A stretch of DNA of 64,000 nt, taken from Octopus sinensis (Eukaryota). Below, piece by piece: positions 58,916-64,000 of this stretch. Below the pieces are notes generated by a model. That model saw only the letters and a program-made list of their open reading frames with translations. It was not told the origin of the DNA and made no database searches. Made by a program: the position numbers and the translations under genes. Each line of letters starts with the position of its first letter. The first letter of the stretch is position 1. The stretch lies in assembly GCF_006345805.1 (NCBI RefSeq), contig NC_043009.1, positions 44,268,001 to 44,332,000 of the forward strand, in the 5' to 3' direction.

Positions 58916-61900
58916 ATATCCATATGAATTATTGTTCAAAGGTTATCCTTTAATTTAGCCTTTGTATTTGATAGCAGCAGATATTTTAATTATTCTCTCA
59001 TGTATGCTCTCTCTTTACTATTTTTGTTTTCCTTGATTCTGCAAGATTTATCTTTACTCTGGATAAAGTACAAATAATTCTCTGACCCAGAGGATAAATT
59101 AATATCTTTTGTTTCATTGCCATCAATTTGACTTTTGCATTTTCTTGTTATCTCTCTTAAGTTATCACTTATATTTCTTTTGTCTTTTGATTTTTATTTA
59201 TTTTGAATTGTTACATCTTTCCCAAAATCATTTCCCATGTAAAATCTTTGAGCTACCTTAACCTGAAATTTAACTGTAATGAAGAAAAGAGAACACAATC
59301 AACATGGGATGTGTTTACTTTTGTTTTTAACAATCAAAAGGTGGTGATGATGATATTTAATTAGTGAACTAATTAAAAGGAAAATTTTAATTACTGTAAT
59401 ACAAAATATTACTGAAAGTAAAAACTGAATTTCAAATATTTGCTAGATTTGATATTTTACTATCTCATTTGTAGCGAGGGTCCGAGCAGCATAGCTTTTC
59501 TGATGTTGTATATCAGAAAGGAATCAGATATGCAATGATTGTGTTGAGATAATTAATGTATATTTGAGTAGGGCAACAACTTTATTCTTCTTGAGTATCT
59601 GACTGAAATTAATCATCATCATCTTCATTTAACATCCATGTTTATCTACTGCACTGAGTTGTCTGCTTTGGTGTGGTTGACATTGGAGCTCAATGCTGTA
59701 GATAAAAAACAAAACAGACTTGAAGGAGTTATTGAAGAATGATAGCAATACAAGAAGTTATATGTTGGTATTATAAACTTCCCTATAAACTGTGGTTTAG
59801 TTTTTATATCAAGTGTAGATAAAATACGCCCTAACCTCAAGATCTGGAATTTTAATTAATCTAAAATTTGATAATACGACAGTGTTACACCTTTTTTCAG
59901 AGCTCTCCTTCCTTCTCCTTAATACTTCTTGTTACAGGAATCTATTAATTAGGAGAGAAACATAACAGTTTGTATGTATTTTGGGAAACTAGATGGAAAC
60001 AGTTTGAATTTCCATTCCTTTCCAAATTTATAATTCTGATTGAGTGACCTGAAAATTTTAGGTTTAATAAGTCCTTATCACATGATTTAATTGCTCTATT
60101 CTCTGAGCAATCCTAATATTCTACACCACCAACTCTAAATTTTTCTACATTTACCGTAAAAACCCATGTAATTTATGCACTTGTTTTCACAAAAGCAAAA
60201 ATTAATTTTAGGGGATACATAAATTACATGAGTAGATCGTTTCCAGAATTTTTTTAGAATTTTTTTTTTTTTTTGCTGAAAAATGACGTATGTGAAGTTA
60301 ACTCATTTAATGTCATTTAATAGGTTTTTACAGAAAAAATATAATGAAGTTGATTTTTATTTATGCTGGACAGTATAATGCTTACTTTTTCTGTATAAAT
60401 TTACTAAAACCATTAAATCGTTAACTACTTTTTGAAGTTTGACATTTGTGCTGGTAATCACGGTCCTGGCCATATTTTACATTGCTTGGAGTTTTTGCCT
60501 ATCACAATGGAGCCCAGCAATTTCCTTAAATAGATCAGTTTTTCTCCAGAAAGCTATTTGGTTGCTTTCTCCACAATGACACAATGAAATTCCTCATCAC
60601 TGATATCAGCTCTTGCTGCATCTAACATTGACAATGACATCATAATTCATCTTTGCGCATGAAGTTTGCTTGACATTTTATAAGAGTGAAAGGGATTAAA
60701 ATTCCGATGCTCCATATAAAAGGCTCCGACAAGAATAGGCAGAAAATCAGAGCTTGGACAAGAAGAAACTTTTGACCAATCTGAATTCTGCTTACATAAT
60801 CAGTCTGATCGGTCACCTTCCTCTGTCAGTTGAGTAAAGTGTCGTCCAAGCTGATGCTTATTGGTAATTAAACTTATTTTGCAACACTTGTGCATATTTA
60901 TCAGCTTTGTTTTTGTTGATAAGAATTATCAACAACTTTTCCTGTGATTGTGATTTGAGAAGACATACTAAAGATAGGACATAATCTCTTGTGGACATGA
61001 AACGTAAAATAAATTTATTATAAACAACACAAACATTTCGTAATTTAATAGCTTTCAGTGTTAAACCTGTTAAACAAATTATTTTTATTTAATGAAAATT
61101 TAATAAAATCTATTCATAAGTAAGCGAAATTATGCTAAATACAACTAAATTGAAAACCTTTTCCCCCTGGCCATATTGGCAATTCTGAAAACTTTTGCAT
61201 GTGAATTTTAGACGAGTAGAAGTTTTTTTCTAACAAGTTTTATCCTGAAAATCACCTACATAAATTACACAGATGTGCAAATTTCATGAGTTTTTTTACC
61301 ATACTTCACTAACTTTGGTGTGTGTTACAAAATCTCTGCTTTACTGATGAGATAATAGTAACATTAATACACGTTTAGAGTTGTCCCCCCGCCTTGGTAG
61401 ATTGCATAATTTCTAGTTAGCTTTTTATTACAGCCTGCATCATGAAGTTAACACTAGCTGATATATTATTATTTGAACCCCTACCTCTCCATATGTTTTT
61501 ATCAATAAGATAGGAAGTCGTATTGCCAATTTTACTGCTAGTAATCACATACACTTTTTTACAAAGTTGATATCAGCACTGACTATTACTATATTTGCGT
61601 TAATATCCAGTTTACCTTGTTTAAAGTCTGCTATTAGCATGTACTTAGATGCTTTTGGCCTCTAGTTCGTGCCCTTAACTGTCCTGCTACAATCACTACT
61701 GGCTTCGAAAACAGATGTTAAACCAGCAGAGTGCTGGAACAGAGATTTGCTGAGTATAAAGAGAAAGCCAAAACCAGAACTTTAAGCTGGTAGTGATAGC
61801 TGAGGTACCCTCATAGTGGTAATATGAATGGTAAAACAAAAATCAAAGTAGATCATTATGTTATATAATAAAATACTTCTATAACTACTGATGTAGTTAT

Positions 61901-62332
61901 TATAAGTTGCTGTTTTTTTTTAGTACTTTTTAAATGGTGTTTTACCTTTTGATGGAATCAAAATGCCGATGATGTTTTTTTTCTCTGTACAACTCTAAAA
62001 TTAAAAGGTTGTGTGCTTATCTTTAACCTAAATAACAGTATAAAAGCCACTTTGACAAACTTCCCCTGCCAGCTATTTTCTGTTGCAAGTGGCTAGTCTC
62101 AGCCGTTTTTGACTTGACACAACAATAGTAGCATTCTGCTGGTACTGCTTGCCAGATTTCTGATCTTTCTTTGTAATTTTACATCTCCCTGGCGTAAAAT
62201 ATTGGCATGTGGTTCCTTCAGATTAAGGATGATGCAATACTTCTAGAGATGGAATTGATAGCTACACTGTATAGATCGTAATTTTAGAAGTATATCTGGG
62301 CAGGTCAATAAACTCAGACATTTTTTTATGAT

Positions 62333-62712
62333 CGTCATTTAATGCCTGCATGGGTATTTGAGGTAGATTTGCTGTGGCCAGGTGCCTTTTTTGTTACTAA
62401 CCTTCACCTGTTTCCCAGCTAGGTAATATTTCCCTGGAGCCAGACGTTTTCACAGAATTGGAAATGAATGGCATTGTTTTTATGGCAGTAACACTCATTT
62501 ATGACTATCATGCAAAATCAAAACAAAGAGACAGAAACACACACACACACACTCTCTCTCTCTTTCAGTTTCTGTCAACCAAATCCACACAAAAGTCTTT
62601 GCTCGGCTTGGGGCTGTTGTAGAAAACCCTTACCCAAGGTGCCTCTAAATGGGACTCAACTCAGAACTACATGGTTGGGAAGCAAACTTTTCACCACACA
62701 GCCACATCCAAA
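62333..62712 (-). mobile_element. Near full-length SINE family E, decayed
   Basis: A-type head CACCACACAGCCAC at 62692-62705; GGTAATATTTCCC centre; CGTCATTTAATG tail. Confidence 0.7.
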
Positions 62713-63157
62713 AGCAATTTATAGGATATAACAATGATAATGACAAAAATCATAAATAATTTTTAGGAGAAAAGGAAAGACATCCTTCCTTAGCCTGGTA
62801 AACTGGATCTCTATACAATTGTGCATACGTGCACATTACTGTTTTATTCTCGTTTCCTTTTCTTCATATCAACATCATGGGGTGGTAGAATTTGAGTATT
62901 TTTTGTTGTAGATACTCTTCTACCACTTACCAGTTGTAAACTGGGTGGAACCAGGTGTTCTACAGACAAATTGGTTTCAGAGTTGTGTTCCTTGCTCAGG
63001 TGTGGCATTGCTCAATTGCTGTAGTAGCAGGTATTGGACCAGAAGATCGGCAGTTTAGCCATTTACTTCAATCTGTTTCTGTCATATGAGTTTAAATTAA
63101 AATTGTTTACTCTCTTTAGAATGAAAACTTGGACGGGGTGGGTATATAAAACCTACT

Positions 63158-63320
63158 TTAACCCTTTTGTTAATGTATTTCTGTTGAAATACATTGCTTT
63201 TGTGTCATTTAATTTTGAAAATAATAAAGAATGTAGTAAAATAACTATCATTATTACATTGGTGTTTGATGCATAAATTAACTTGGAATTTTGATATAAG
63301 GTCTTGTTTGATTTAGATCA
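63158..63320 (-). mobile_element. Family Q MITE fragment
   Basis: TTAA|CCCTTTTGTTAATGTATTTCTGTTGAAATACATTGC. Confidence 0.6.
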
Positions 63321-64000
63321 CCTTGAACAGGACGTTTGTAATATAAAATCAGGAGTGGCCTTGGCTGAATTGGTTACAAAAGTGTTAATGACCATCCTCT
63401 GGTGGGTCAAATTTCTGTTGGAATTTATTTGGGTTCTTTCCTAGCAATAAAAATAGTTGTTAACAGAAACTGGTCAACATTTGGTTCAATATTATCAGTT
63501 ATATCAATATATATTTTTTTTTTTTCTACTCATTTTCGCATAAAAAGTCTGTACTGTTAAAGATAGTTCTTCACACCTATACCAGATATACACACTGAGA
63601 TAACAAACTAACTTTAATTGGTGTTTGTTTCAAATACTAAATCACTGACATCATTATATCAATTCTAGATTTGATCCCTTTGTATTTCTGGATAATTACT
63701 GATTGTGAGGGGAACCATTTGTTACTTGATTTTTTTGTTTGTTTTTGGTCTTGATTCCTAGTTTATTGGTTTATTGATCTCAGTGAGTGCCTGATGGGAG
63801 TTATCAATTCATAAAACTTCAAAGTTGACTAACTATTTAGCATTGAGTTTAATAATCTCTGGTTCTGTTTCTGTAAATATGCAAAGGTAAATCATTTCAC
63901 AGATCATCCAGAGATGATCATGGGAAAACAGATCCAAAATATTTTGATAACTGAATCAGTCTAATCAAGGCCAGCACAAAAACCATTATCACCGCCACCA

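Noticed and set aside
62224-62279. Possible 56-nt exon IKDDAILLEMELIATLYR
   Set aside because: Splice sites only moderate and no recognisable homology; not supportable without reads

Overview
AT-rich (about two-thirds A+T by eye), repeat-dense animal DNA that reads as a large intron or intergenic region. The repeat families (tRNA-headed SINEs with internal microsatellites, RTE-type 3' ends with (GAT)n tails, TTAA MITEs) match my recollection of Octopus (coleoid cephalopod) genomes; this is inference, not a database result. I found no intact protein-coding gene, rRNA, functional tRNA or CRISPR array. The ORF track is almost all repeat- or microsatellite-derived. Recognisable decayed coding remnants are a Hsmar1-like (cecropia) mariner transposase (43163-43976), an RLE-endonuclease non-LTR retroelement end (40085-40627) and RTE C-termini (6291-6383, 20150-20275, 30225-30381). 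Also present: a Helitron-like element, hAT, piggyBac-like and pogo-like MITEs, and at least seven SINE-like families, labelled A-H here (my working labels; C is an RTE 3' end). The most striking unexplained structures are a 343-bp near-perfect fold-back (166-bp arms, 9499-9841), a ~2.9-kb head-to-tail array of about 11 diverged SINE-B units joined by (AAT)n with nested younger insertions (34965-37800), and a cluster of templated insertions flanked by long direct repeats next to an AT palindrome (52441-53444). Repeat coordinates without target-site duplications are approximate (about +/-15 bp).
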